From assembly GCF_009914755.1 (NCBI RefSeq), contig NC_060927.1: DNA of 64,000 bases. One strand, given 5' to 3'. The stretch comes from the human T2T-CHM13v2.0 reference genome, Homo sapiens. The notes under the pieces were generated by a model. The model did not search any database. It saw nothing but the letters and a program-made list of their open reading frames with translations, and had not been told where the DNA came from. The position numbers and the translations under genes were made by a program. Of this stretch, positions 51,275 through 62,853 are shown in pieces. How positions within the stretch are numbered: position 1 is the first letter of the stretch; every line of letters begins with the position of its first letter.

Positions 51275-51667
51275 AGTGGTAATGTGTGATTTCAGAGCCT
51301 GGGTCACAAAATGCACTGTGGCTTCCTCCTTCTCTCTTGGATCACTCACTCTAGCAGAAGCCAGCTGCCATTTCGTGAAGACATTCAAGCAACCGTACGG
51401 TGAGGCCCATATGGTAAAAAAAAACTGAGCCCTCCGGATAATGGCTAGTGAGGAACTGAGACCTCCTATCAACAGCCACTCTCAAGTCTTTAGATGACTG
51501 TAACCCAAGCTGATATTTTGACCATAACTTCATGAGAGACACTGAACCAGAAACATCTAACAAAGCAGAATTCCAGACTCAGAGAAACTGTGAGATACTA
51601 AATATGTATTGTTTAAGCTGCTAAGTTTGGGGGTAATTTGTTATGTAGTAAGAGAAAACAAATACAG
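51275..51667 (+). mobile_element. MaLR LTR fragment (MLT1F-H-like)
   Basis: gaagccagctgccatttcgtgaagacattcaagc...gaaactgtgagatactaaat...tttaagctgctaagtttgggggtaatttgttatg...aataca. Confidence 0.75.
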
Positions 51668-51806
51668 CCATATTACTTAAGTAGATGGACATTTATTCAG
51701 CGTTCTAGTCAATCTTCCTGGCATACAATTAATCTTTTTGTTCAAAGAAAAGTTTTCTTGCCTTTCGTTTGAAAGTGTCACATCTCCTGTGAAATAGCCC
51801 TTAACC

Positions 51807-52195
51807 TGATATGGTTTGGCTGTGCCCCCAGCCGAATCTCATCTTGAAATGTAATTTCCATAATCCCCAGCGTGTCTAGGGAGGGACCAAGTTTAAGGTT
51901 GACGGCATCATGGGGGTGGTTTCCCCCATGGTGTTCTCACGATAATGAATGAGTTCTCATGAGATATGATGGTTTTTATAAGGGGCTCTTCCTCCTTTGC
52001 TTCACACACACACCCTCTCTCTCTCACCTGCTGCCATGTAAAACATGCCTTTGCTTCTCTCTCACCTTGCACCATGATTGTAAGTTTCCTGAGGCCTCCC
52101 CAGCCATGCAGAACTGTGAGTCAATTAAACCTCCTTCCTTTATAAATTACCCATTCTTGGTATGTCTTTATAGCAATGTGAGAAGGGACTAATCA
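51807..52195 (+). mobile_element. THE1D-like solo LTR
   Basis: tgatatggtttggctgtg ... gagtcaattaaacctc ... ggactaatca. Confidence 0.93.
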
Positions 52196-52661
52196 CAGCC
52201 CTACCAGAGGAAGACCCAATATAGCACTCACTGAGGTAATTTAAGGAACATTTGATAGATAATATGTTTTCAGAACAAATTTTAAGTAAACAAAATAAGA
52301 AAATTATAATATATAATAGAACTGCACTGTGACTTATAGATTGCAATCTTTCACATTTATCATGTTATTTGATTATTAAAATAAAGTAAGAGTATTACCT
52401 AGCTTTTACAAGTGAAAAAAACAATAGAAGGTAAGTTTTTAGAAGTTTGATGATATCTCCAAGGTCACAGAGCTAATCACACAGCTAGAATTCTAACACA
52501 AATCGTCTTAACACCCAGTTTCTTCTAAGGTTCTGCCTCTCAAATATGAACAGTGTTATCTCTTTCATTCTGACACTAGTCATTGATCTTAAATGGTGTT
52601 CTGTTGCAGGTGGTTTTCAATATCAAAAATGTCAAAATGAAGGGTGGAAAAATGGTCATCA

Positions 52662-52962
52662 GGCTGGGCGTGGTAGCTCATGCCTGTAATCCCAGCGCTT
52701 TGGGAGGCCGAGGCAGGTGGATCGCAAGGTCAGGAGTTCAAGACTGGCCTAGCCAAGATGGCGAAACCCCACCTCTACTAAAAACTACAAAAATTAGCCG
52801 GGCACAGTGGCAGGCGCCTGTAATCACAGCTACTCGGGAGGCTGAGGCAAGAGAATTGCTTGAATCTGAGCGGTAGATGTTACAGTGAGCCGAGATCATG
52901 CCACTGCACTCCAGCCTGGGCGATAGAGTGAGACTCCGTCTCAAAAAAAAAAAAAAAAAAAA
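52662..52962 (+). mobile_element. AluSg-like
   Basis: Full dimer with long A tail; TSD remnant gtcatca on both sides. Confidence 0.96.
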
Positions 52963-55416
52963 GTCATCAATCATCTGACATGAAATCACAAAAGTGAGCA
53001 TCTTTTGACCTCTGAAAAATGAGTTTTAATTGTTCTCATTAATTCAACAGCCATGGTTGACAATACCATTTGTGGTTGACTCAATCATTCAGCAAGTCCT
53101 GTCACACTATTTGACTTCACATTTCCCAAAATGAGAAATGATTCTCAACAACAACAACCAAAAGACAAATATTGGGACACATTTATCACAGGCAGGAAAT
53201 GCAACACAAAGAAAAGCAAGGCAAAAAGTGGAATTCTCATACTTCCACTCATAGGAATCTAACACATGACTCCTCAACTCCCTGCCCAGGAATATTGGGT
53301 GTTGATCAAACTTAAACTGTGTTCGTTTTGCTATAAAACTCATCATTAGTTGTTCATCAATTATACTACTAAACCCCCAGTTAAGAGTCCATATTGGAAC
53401 CTTATTTTTGAAGTCAATTCCAGGAAAAGTTTTGTTTCTTTTGTAAAAGCGTTACGTTTTGAAAGGGCAGCATTATAAATAGAAGGGGAAATAACTGTAT
53501 ACAAAGAGGGAAGGATATCAAAGTTTGGTAGTAGAGATAAGAAGAGTAAATAAATTCAGTTAAATAAATTCAGGTCAGGAGTCATGGTTAAATAAGGAAA
53601 TAATACAGTGGGATTAATCAAAGTAACTTTGGGATGGTTTCCATTCTTTTGACTAAGAACACAGTATGAAGCTGAACAAATGAAAATGTGGTGTTTGCTA
53701 AATGCTTCTCTCTGGATACTTCATTCCTGCTTGTCCTGGCATTAAAATAAGAAAAACCACATGCCAATAAAGCAAACAGTAATTAGAAATGGAGCCACAG
53801 TGATCTAGTATCTCCTTCTTGAGAAAAAGTCTAGGGAGGACTTTGGGAGATTTAAAACTTCAGGAAGGAGAATAATTTAGTTATATACAAAAAAGTTAAC
53901 TTGATATCATACTATTAAGTGGATTTCTAGATTCTGTAGACCTGTTGTTTCTCTCACTGATGCTGGTTAAGTCATTTTAGGCAAAAAATAAGGTCATTAC
54001 AATTCAGATTCTTTCATCTATTTCACTTGTTAGCATTGCTACTTGAAAAGAAATCCCAGTAGCCTAGGATTAGAAAAGGGTGAATACTCACTCATCTGGT
54101 GCCCTGAATAAGTTCAGTAAAATGAAACAATTGCACACCCTGCCATTACCATTTCCCAGGAATGCTGTGTCTGCTCTAAGGTGGGGAATAAGGGATAGAG
54201 CCAACACTGGCTTCTTCCTTTCTGGCAAGGAAAGTGTATCAAGTGGTCACAAAACCTCAAAGATCCTACATGTTGCACTTCTCTCTTTTGAGGAAACTGT
54301 TACAAGAAGATGCTTACTCAGAGGTTTGGCATGCTTTTTCCACTAGACCAGGTCGAATTAGCCACACCTGGTTGAACTGGTGTTCTATATGCTGGGAAAT
54401 AACCTCTAGGGTTACTTGACTTGAGAACTGTGCCCAACAGAAATGCTCCATATTGAACAGTGACCAACAATTCCAACCAGTTCTCCTTTCTTGGGGAAGT
54501 GGAATGCAAGATATACATAGAGAATTGTCAATCAACTCAGTAAGGGAGTAGAAGTAAACTGAGAGAAAAAATCTGAACCATGAAGGCAGCTGACTTAAGG
54601 GTTATTCTTGGGTTACTAAAACCGCCATATACATTCAAGCTACGAACAAGGCATGCCTCTACAGTTACTGACAAGGTTTCCACTGTTTTCTTGCCTTCTG
54701 GAATATTCTAACAGTAAAATATCACAGGAAGTAAAATAAATATGTATCCTTCTTGCCACCAGAAGGAAACTGGGGAATCTCATAATTTTTAGTGAATCTC
54801 ATAATTTTTAGTGTTGCCATTTTTGTCTTGGCAACCAGGAAGCTCTTAGCCAAACTTATGTTTAACAACTATATAAAATCCAGTGGTCACAGTTTTGCTG
54901 CTTCTTCCATCTTGATCCTCATTTTATATTCCCTATATATAAAGTTTGAGTGTGTGCGTGTGTGTTTGAGACATCAAAAGTTTCAAAAAACTAGTTTCTC
55001 AGTCTTTGGAGGGTCAGGTAGCTAAGAAACCAAGACATCCAGCCTTTAAAGGTACCTCCTAAAATCTGCCTTCTCAGATATTTTTATGTTGGCCTTCAAA
55101 TGTCAAGGTCTTTCAGTTTTAGCAATTTCTAATTTATATTACAAAGAAAGAAATGGAAGTAAAAGTAACAAACATCTTTCCAAAGTTCAGACACAATCCT
55201 ACATGAATAATTCTGATTCCAGACAAAGATGGGTGATGACTAAATATAAGAATAAAAGATGGATACTTGCTTATCATCCCATTCTTAGCCATTAATTGTT
55301 GAGTTGAGATCAAAAGCCTTCTGCAATGCTGTTTTAGTTATAAATATCATGGTAATCAGGTAAGTTTACATCTATATTATGCATTGTTCTAAGGAAGGGA
55401 GTAAAATCTCTGATAA

Positions 55417-55782
<366 letters not shown>

Positions 55783-56414
55783 TAGGATTTGAAATTTTTC
55801 TAGTTCACCTTCCTTTTCTCTTTGCTGTGTCTTTACATGTCATTTGATTTCACATGTCATTTATCAGAGAGCAGGGAGTGCTTTATCACTCTCCAAAGTT
55901 CATAGCCTCCTCATTAATAATCAAACCTGAAGGGGTGATAGCCTAAACCTGAAAAAAATTATACCACATATTTACTATCAGGCACTCCAAAGAACTCACA
56001 TATTTTCAAATACTTCTGTTTAATAGAGGGCCAGCTATTACCTGCTTTCCTCAAGCCTCAGTGCTAACTTGGATGAAAACATTTTACTGAACACAACTAT
56101 TACCTTGTTTCAGCCATGACTTGTCAAATGTCCCCAGATAGCTGCTCTCAGTCATCACTGTAGGCAAGAATGGGTGCCTCTCAGGACCAGAATCAGACAC
56201 AGAAACAAGCAAAGCCCAAAGTATGTAAGCGATCCACTGAGGTGAGTTCACACATAAAAAAGAAGAAAATAAAATGCATGTATACTACTCTGCAATCCAC
56301 TCTCAGGTCATTTGAAACAAAGTCAAAGGAGAGAAGGAGTTAGGGGGATGATGTATACGACTGTGGATTCTACAAAAATTTTATTTGATATAAAGCATTC
56401 AACGCATCTAAAGT

Positions 56415-56750
56415 CATAGAATGTTATAACTGGAAGAGTCTTAGAGACAAAGCCTAGCATCCTCACTTTATAGATGAGAAAGGTAAAAAAAGAGCCAGGA
56501 AATAACTGTCCATGCCACCATGCTGGTACCAGGAAGAGCTTTGGGGTTTGGCAATCTGGGGTGAGGTTCCAACTCTGCCACTTATTTTATCCCACTTAGC
56601 TTCAATTTCCTCCCAGGTAAAATAAAGATCCTAATCATGCCTAGATGACAAGGTGAGTGTAACAATTAAATATGACATGCACATAAAGTAATCATCACAA
56701 TGCTTGGCACATAGTAAGTGCTCCATAAATGTTAGCTATTAGAATGATTA
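56415..56750. mobile_element. Two adjacent MIR fragments in opposite orientation
   Basis: cacttttatagatgagaaa (antisense) then ctctgccactta...tttcctcccaggtaaaat...tggcacatagtaagtgctcc (sense). Confidence 0.6.
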
Positions 56751-57651
56751 TCCATGATAGAGATCCATCCTAGAACACAAATTGGAGCCAGCCATAATAT
56801 GTGGGGAAATCCTCCCCTTCAGTTCACCTCCTAGACACTGGGCCAGAATAGGTCCTGGAGGCATGAGGTGAAGATGGGGAATGGGATCTGGCTGTATTTC
56901 CAAAATCTTCCATATATAGACCTGAAAGCTGAAACCGAATGCTACCCTATGAGATTCATCTCAGAGTTCCCTGGGGATATTAGAAAATAACAATCACCAA
57001 ATTTGAAGGTAAAGAGACTGTAAATCATAGACTTTTATGCTGAAAAATATCTCAGGTATCTTGTAGTCTAACATACCTTGATTTTGGAATCCTCAAGAGC
57101 AAGACCTTGCTCCTTTATTATTATTTAGTTTTTGGAGAGGCAGAGATCCCATTACAAGGTTATACATACGTCGAACTCAATGAATGCTTGTGCAAGGTGG
57201 GAAGATCATCATTTATTGGTCTTTAAGCCTTGTCTCTGTTATATGGGGTTACCTTTGTCCATGAATTTTGTGAAGCAATCATTCAGTAGCACATTCTAAG
57301 CTTGTATTGATGGTAACAATAGCCAGCATAAAGTGGGCAGTTTCTAACCAGGCAATGAGCAACCACTTTACATGGACCATATCCCCACAACAAGTCACTC
57401 ACTAAGGTCATACAACTAGTAAATAGTGATGCCAGGATTCAGCCTAGGGAATCTTGGGCTGATTTTGTGCTCTTAGTACATTTCTGGTCTCTAAATATGA
57501 CAAAAGAATTTATAATATTTCTCATACTTTCTTACTCTGGTAACCTTCTGCAGTCCTTTTTCCTTGACCAGAATTTATACCCTTACTCAATAAAATAGGT
57601 TGTGGATACCACAGTCAGAGGTAGTTACTTGAAACACCTGTGTGCATGAGT

Positions 57652-57652
<1 letters not shown>

Positions 57653-57682
<30 letters not shown>
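57653..57682 (+). repeat. (CA)15 microsatellite
   Basis: Direct reading. Confidence 0.97.
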
Positions 57683-57688
<6 letters not shown>

Positions 57689-58382
57689 AGTTATAGCACA
57701 TGGGGCACAATGAGAACAAAGAGAGAATGCAGTAAAACAATTGCCACAACTGTACATTGTCTTCTGTCAAAGGAAATCAACCAAGTCGAGAGTACTTGCA
57801 AAAGCACAGCAAAGCCATGTGTTTACCAACACTTGGGAAAACTGAAGTTTAAACCCAAGGCCAGGCATTAAATATTATTATGTAAGGCACCAGTTCTGTA
57901 TCAAGTCCTTTCAAGGCTTAACAGCCAAATTAGCAATAAATTCTGATAGCCCCATCTATCAGCTCTGTTCAGCCAATCCAATGGCAACACTGTGTTTCTT
58001 TGCAGGTCCAGGGAACACACGCTTGCAAAGGAAAAAAATGCACTTGATTAGATTTGGTTTTGAATAATTGGTTCATTGAAATTCTTGAGCTGAAGAAAAA
58101 TGGCATTTCTAATTTATAGAAATCACAATTTGAAATATAGTTATGACTGCTCAGAGAACCCCTAGAAGTAAATAAATTTAAGTCAGCACATTTAAGAAAG
58201 CCATTAAGAGGTAACTAATGACAGCCCCACCAATTGTCTCTCCAATAGAGCCTGTGTGGAACCCTGCCAAAAGCCAGCTCCCTTGTTCTCCTGGCTGAGG
58301 CTGTGTGTGGCTTGATGCTTGAGAGCTCAGCTTTGGTGTATCAAGGCCACCCACCTAGCAAGCCCAGGAACCTGATGGGGCC

Positions 58383-58726
58383 TGACATGGTTTGGCTGTG
58401 GCCCCACCCAAATCTCAACTTGAATTGTATCTCCCAGAATTCCCACGTCTTGTGGGATGGACTCCGGGGAGGTAACTGAATCATGGGGGCTGGTCTTTCC
58501 CGTGCTGCTCTCCTGATATGATTAAGTCTCATGGGATCTGATGGGTTTATCAGGGTTTCTGCTTTTGTTTCTCTCATTTTCTCCTGCTGCCACCATGTAA
58601 AAAGTGCCTTTTGCCTCCCACCATGATTCTGAGGCCTCTCCAGCCATGTGAAACTGTTAAGTCCAATTAAACCTCTTTTTCTTCCCAGTCTCGGGAAGAA
58701 AAGCAGCATGAAAACGGACTAATACA
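58383..58726 (+). mobile_element. THE1A-like solo LTR
   Basis: tgacatggtttggctgtg...gaattgtatctcccagaattcccacg...aaaacggactaataca. Confidence 0.93.
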
Positions 58727-59593
58727 GAGGCTAAGAAGGAGAAGGGCAGCACATTCTGGACAGAAAAGGAGAGAAGGAAAAATCGCTTCCATTAGCAACT
58801 CCAGCACCTCTTTGGGAGGAATCTTTCATAGGTGCACACTGCATGCTTGCAAATATCCCCACTAACCTGCACTGGGTATGCTGGGCACTCAGTTATCCTA
58901 GCATCTTAGAGAGCCAGGAAAGACTACTCCAGACCTGTCTGACCATTGCAAGGCAAGGTGGAATGTTATTATGTATGATATCTGAATGACAAAGGAGAAT
59001 CTATGCTTCTCCTCCAGCCTTGTTTCATGGGCACATTAGTGTGGTTTAGATTGTGTAATATCTCTTAATTATTACATGCAAATTCAGGCAAGCAGTATGG
59101 GACAGAAAAGATCTCCAGGTCACTTTAGTAACCTAGGCCTCTGCAGATGAGTCAGTGAGTCAGCCAGGATCCCTGAATGAGAGGAGTAAACTTTTGACCT
59201 CAAGAAGCTTACTGTGATCTGGTGATTACCACAGCAGAGCCCAATCCATCAGCTTTGAAAAAACAATGAACTCTGGTGACCTGGTTTGGCCAAACCTCAC
59301 TGCTGTGATAAAAAGCATGACTCCTGTCTTTTGATACACCATGGCCCATTTTTAAAATTGCTTCTGAGAAAGTAAATGAGACCCCAGTTTGAAAGAAATG
59401 AGGCCAGACTGAAAGATGTCCTTCCATAAGCATTTGGCAAGCATGGAAATGACATCTGTGGGCTTATCATTCCCAGGCCCCTATCCATTTCACTCAAATA
59501 GGTCCCTGCTCACCACTTTTAGTAACACCCACTGGACACAAACTAGGATATGGGTAGAATTGGGATACCGGCAGAATTTGCCTTTGGCATCAC

Positions 59594-60015
59594 TGTGGTA
59601 GACATAGAAAGGCATGGTCCAGGCCCCCTTCAAGGAAGGCCTTGCTTCCCTGCCACAGGGAGTGTCACCAGCAGACAGCCTCCAGCTGTCAGCCTCTGCA
59701 GGACCACCTTAGCTGCAGAGAGCTGGCTCACAGAGGTCATGCCCTTCCCAGGATAGCTTTTATCCACTGGCTGAGAAAAGTGGGGCTAGACAGGTCTTGC
59801 CATTCAGCCTGTAGCAGGACACTATGCAGGGCAATGCTCACTGCAGCACTCCCTGCCAACCTGGCCATGGGTTTCTTGGGCCTGCATCACAGTTTAACTT
59901 ATTCCTCTGTACAATTTTGCTTGCTGTTCCCCTTTGCAGGTGTTGAAACCCAAGAAATGTCTTGCATCTCAAACTCCATTTTAGCATCTGCTTCTTGAGA
60001 ACCCAATCTGTGACA
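59594..60015 (+). mobile_element. ERVL solo LTR (LTR16-like)
   Basis: TG...CA termini with perfect 5-bp TSD atcac at 59589-59593 and 60016-60020. Confidence 0.85.
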
Positions 60016-60147
60016 ATCACCTTTTTCTGTTCTGTGATCTTAACTCCTCTTAATTGCATCCCCTTCAGCCCAACACTCCAAAATAAGTTGATAAAAAATA
60101 CTTAATTGGTTGGAAGTTTCTGGTCCTACTTTTACATATTGTCCAAA

Positions 60148-60372
60148 GCATGATGTAGTAACATTAACACAGGCTTTGGAAACAGAGCTCTGGGTTCAAA
60201 TCCCAGCTCTGTGTTATCTGGGTCATGGTACCTAATCTCTGTGAGCCTAAATTTTCTCCTCCATCAAGTGGAGATATTGCCATCTACCTAGTAGGTTTGT
60301 TGCAGGAATTAAATACAATCACATATACAACACACCTAACACAATGCCTCATACACAGTAGGTGTCTAGTAG
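60148..60372 (+). mobile_element. MIR SINE
   Basis: ggctttggaaac...tgggttcaaatcccagctctg...ctgtgagcctaaattttctcc. Confidence 0.75.
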
Positions 60373-60534
60373 TTGGTTATATATTGTTATGGGTCCTTTG
60401 GCACTTCACATGTACTCTACTTGTATTCTAATTTAACTTTTTGGGTATTTCTTCCTTGCTTCTTCTATGAAACTCTGAATTCCTGGAGAGCAAGAAACAT
60501 GCTATTTACTTAATCTGGATTTTCTATATAATGC

Positions 60535-60729
60535 TCTGATGGTTAATACTCAGTGTCAAATTGATTGGCTTGAAGGATGCAACATTGATCCTGGGTTTGT
60601 CTGTGAGGGTGTTGCCAAAGGAGATTAACATTTGAGTCAGTGGGCTGGAGAAGGCAAACCCACCCTTAATTAGGTGGGCACCATCTAAACAGCCACCAGC
60701 GAATATAAAGCAGGCAGAAAAGAATGAAA
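60535..60729 (+). mobile_element. 5' part (U3 with TATA) of an MLT2A1 (HERV-L) LTR, interrupted by L1
   Basis: tgatggttaatactcagtgtcaa...gtctgtgagggtgttgccaaaggagattaacatttgagtcagtgggctgg...gcgaatataaagcaggcagaaa; TATAAA at 60704-60709. Confidence 0.9.
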
Positions 60730-60972
60730 CACTTGAGGAGGCAGTCTGCCCATTCTCAGATCTCCAGCTGCATGCTGGGAGAACCACTACACTCTTCAAA
60801 GCTGTCAGACAGGGACATTTAAGTCTGCAGAGTTTACTGCTGTCTTTTTGTTTGTCTGTGCCCTGCCCCCAGAGGTGGAGCCTACAGAGGCAGGCAAGCC
60901 TCCTTGAGCTGTGGTGGGCTCTACCCAGTTCGAGCTTCCAGGCTGCTTTCTTTACCTAATCAAGCCTGGGCA

Positions 60973-61536
60973 ATGGCAGGCAGCCCTCCCCCAGCCTGGC
61001 TGCTACCTTGCAGTTTGATCTCAGACTGCTGTGCTAGCAATCAGGGAGACTCTGTGGGCATAGGACCATCCGAGCCAGGTGTGGGGTATAATCTCCTGGT
61101 GCACCATTTTTTAAGCCTGTTGGAAAAGTGCAGTATTAGGGTGGGAGTGATCCAATATTCCAGGTGCCGTCTGTCACCCCTTTCTTTGACTAGGAAAGGG
61201 AACTCCCTGACCCCCTGGGCTTCCCGAGTGAGGCAATGCTTCGCCCTGCTTCAGCTCGCGCCTGGTGCACTGCACCCACCATCCTGCACCCGCTGTCTGG
61301 CACTCCCTAGTGAGATGAACCCCGTACCTCAGAGGGAAATGCAGAAATCACCAGTCATCTGCGTTGCTCATGCTGGGAGCTGTAGACCGGAGCTGTTCCT
61401 ATTCGGCCATCTTGGCTCCTCCTCAAGTGGGTCCCTGACCCCTGAGCAGCCTAACTGGGAGGAACCCTCCAGTAGGGGCATACTGACACCTCACACAGCC
61501 GGGTACTCCTCTGAGACAAAACTTCCAGAGGAATGA
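60973..61536 (+). CDS. L1 ORF0 homologue, extended to 187 aa across the inversion junction (expression unknown)
   Basis: gcaATGG start, MAGSPPPAWLLPCSLISDCCASNQGDSVGIGPSEPG matches the ORF0 N-terminus; open to TGA at 61534-61536; splice donors at 61079 and 61164. Confidence 0.45.
   Translation: MAGSPPPAWLLPCSLISDCCASNQGDSVGIGPSEPGVGYNLLVHHFLSLLEKCSIRVGVIQYSRCRLSPLSLTRKGNSLTPWASRVRQCFALLQLAPGALHPPSCTRCLALPSEMNPVPQREMQKSPVICVAHAGSCRPELFLFGHLGSSSSGSLTPEQPNWEEPSSRGILTPHTAGYSSETKLPEE
61405..61414 (-). promoter_or_regulatory. Intact YY1 site of the L1 sense promoter, now pointing away from ORF1
   Basis: ggccatcttg is the reverse complement of CAAGATGGCC at the L1 5' end. Confidence 0.8.
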
Positions 61537-61779
61537 TCAGGCAGCAGCATTTGCGGTTCACCAATATCCGCTGTTCTACAACCACCGCTGTTCTGCAGCC
61601 ACCACTGCTGATACCCAGGCAAACAGGGTCTGGAGTGGACCTCTAGCAAACTCCAACAGACCTGCAGCTGAGGGTCCTGTCTGGTAGAAGGAAAACTAAC
61701 AAACAGAAAGGACATCCACACCAAAAACCCATCTGTACATCACCATCATCAAAGACCAAAAGTAGATAAAACCACAAAG

Positions 61780-62790
61780 ATGGGGAAAAAACAGAGAAGA
61801 AAAACTGGAAACTCTAAAAAGCACAGTGCCTCTCCTCCTCCGAAGGAATGCAGCTCCTCACCAGCAATGGAACAAAGCTGGATGGAGAATGACAAGTTGA
61901 GAGAAGAAGGCTTCAGACGATCAAACTACTCCAAGCTACAGGAGGAAATTCAAACCAATGGCAAAGAAGTTAAAAACATTGAAAAAAAATTAGATGATTG
62001 GATAACTAGAATAACCAATGCAGAGAAGTCCTTAAAGGAGCTGATGGAGCTGAAAGCCAAGGCTTGAGAACTACGTGAAGAATGTAGAAGCCTCAGGAGC
62101 CGATGCGATCAGCTGGAAGAAAGGGTATCAGTGATGGAAGACTAAATGAATGAAATGAAGCAAGAAGGGAAGTTTAGAGAAAGAATAATAAAAAGAAATG
62201 AACAAAGACTCCAAGAAATATGGGACTATGTGAAAAGACCAAATCTACATTTGATTGGTGTACCTGAAAGTGACGGGGAGAATGGAACCAAGTTGGAAAA
62301 CACTCTGCAGGATATTATCCAGGAGAACTTCCCCAACCTAGCAAGGCAGGCCAACATTCAGATTCAAGAAATACAGAGAATGCTACAAAGATACTCCTCG
62401 AGAAGAGCAACTCCAAGACACATAACTGTCAGATTCACCAAAGTTGAAATGAAGGAAAAAATGTTAAGGGCAGCCAGAGAGAAAGATCAGGTTACCCACA
62501 AAGGGAAGTCCATCAGACTTACAGCAGATCTCTCTGCAGAAACTCTACAAGCCAGAAGAGAGTGGGGGCCAACATTCAACATTCATAAAGAAAACAATTT
62601 TCAACCTAGAATTTCATATCCAGCCAAACTAAGCTTCATAAGTGAAGGAGAAATAAAATACTTTACAGACAAGCAAATGCTGAGAGATTTTGTCACCACC
62701 AGGCCTGCCCTAAAAGAGCTCCTCAAGGAAGCACTAAACATGGATAGGAACAACCGGTACCAGCCACTGCAAAAACACGCCAAAATGTAA
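61780..62790 (+). pseudogene. L1 ORF1 with two premature stops
   Basis: MGKKQRRKTGNSK...; TGA at 62065-62067 and TAA at 62143-62145; C-terminal 214-aa fragment open. Confidence 0.96.
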
Positions 62791-62853
62791 AGACCATCAA
62801 GGCTAGGAAGAAACTGCATCAACTACCGAGCAAAATAACCAGCTAACATCATA

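Noticed and set aside
60973-62067. Unspliced ORF0-ORF1 fusion (the two ATGs are in the same frame, 807 nt apart)
   Set aside because: Three in-frame TGA stops intervene (61534, 61609, 61669).
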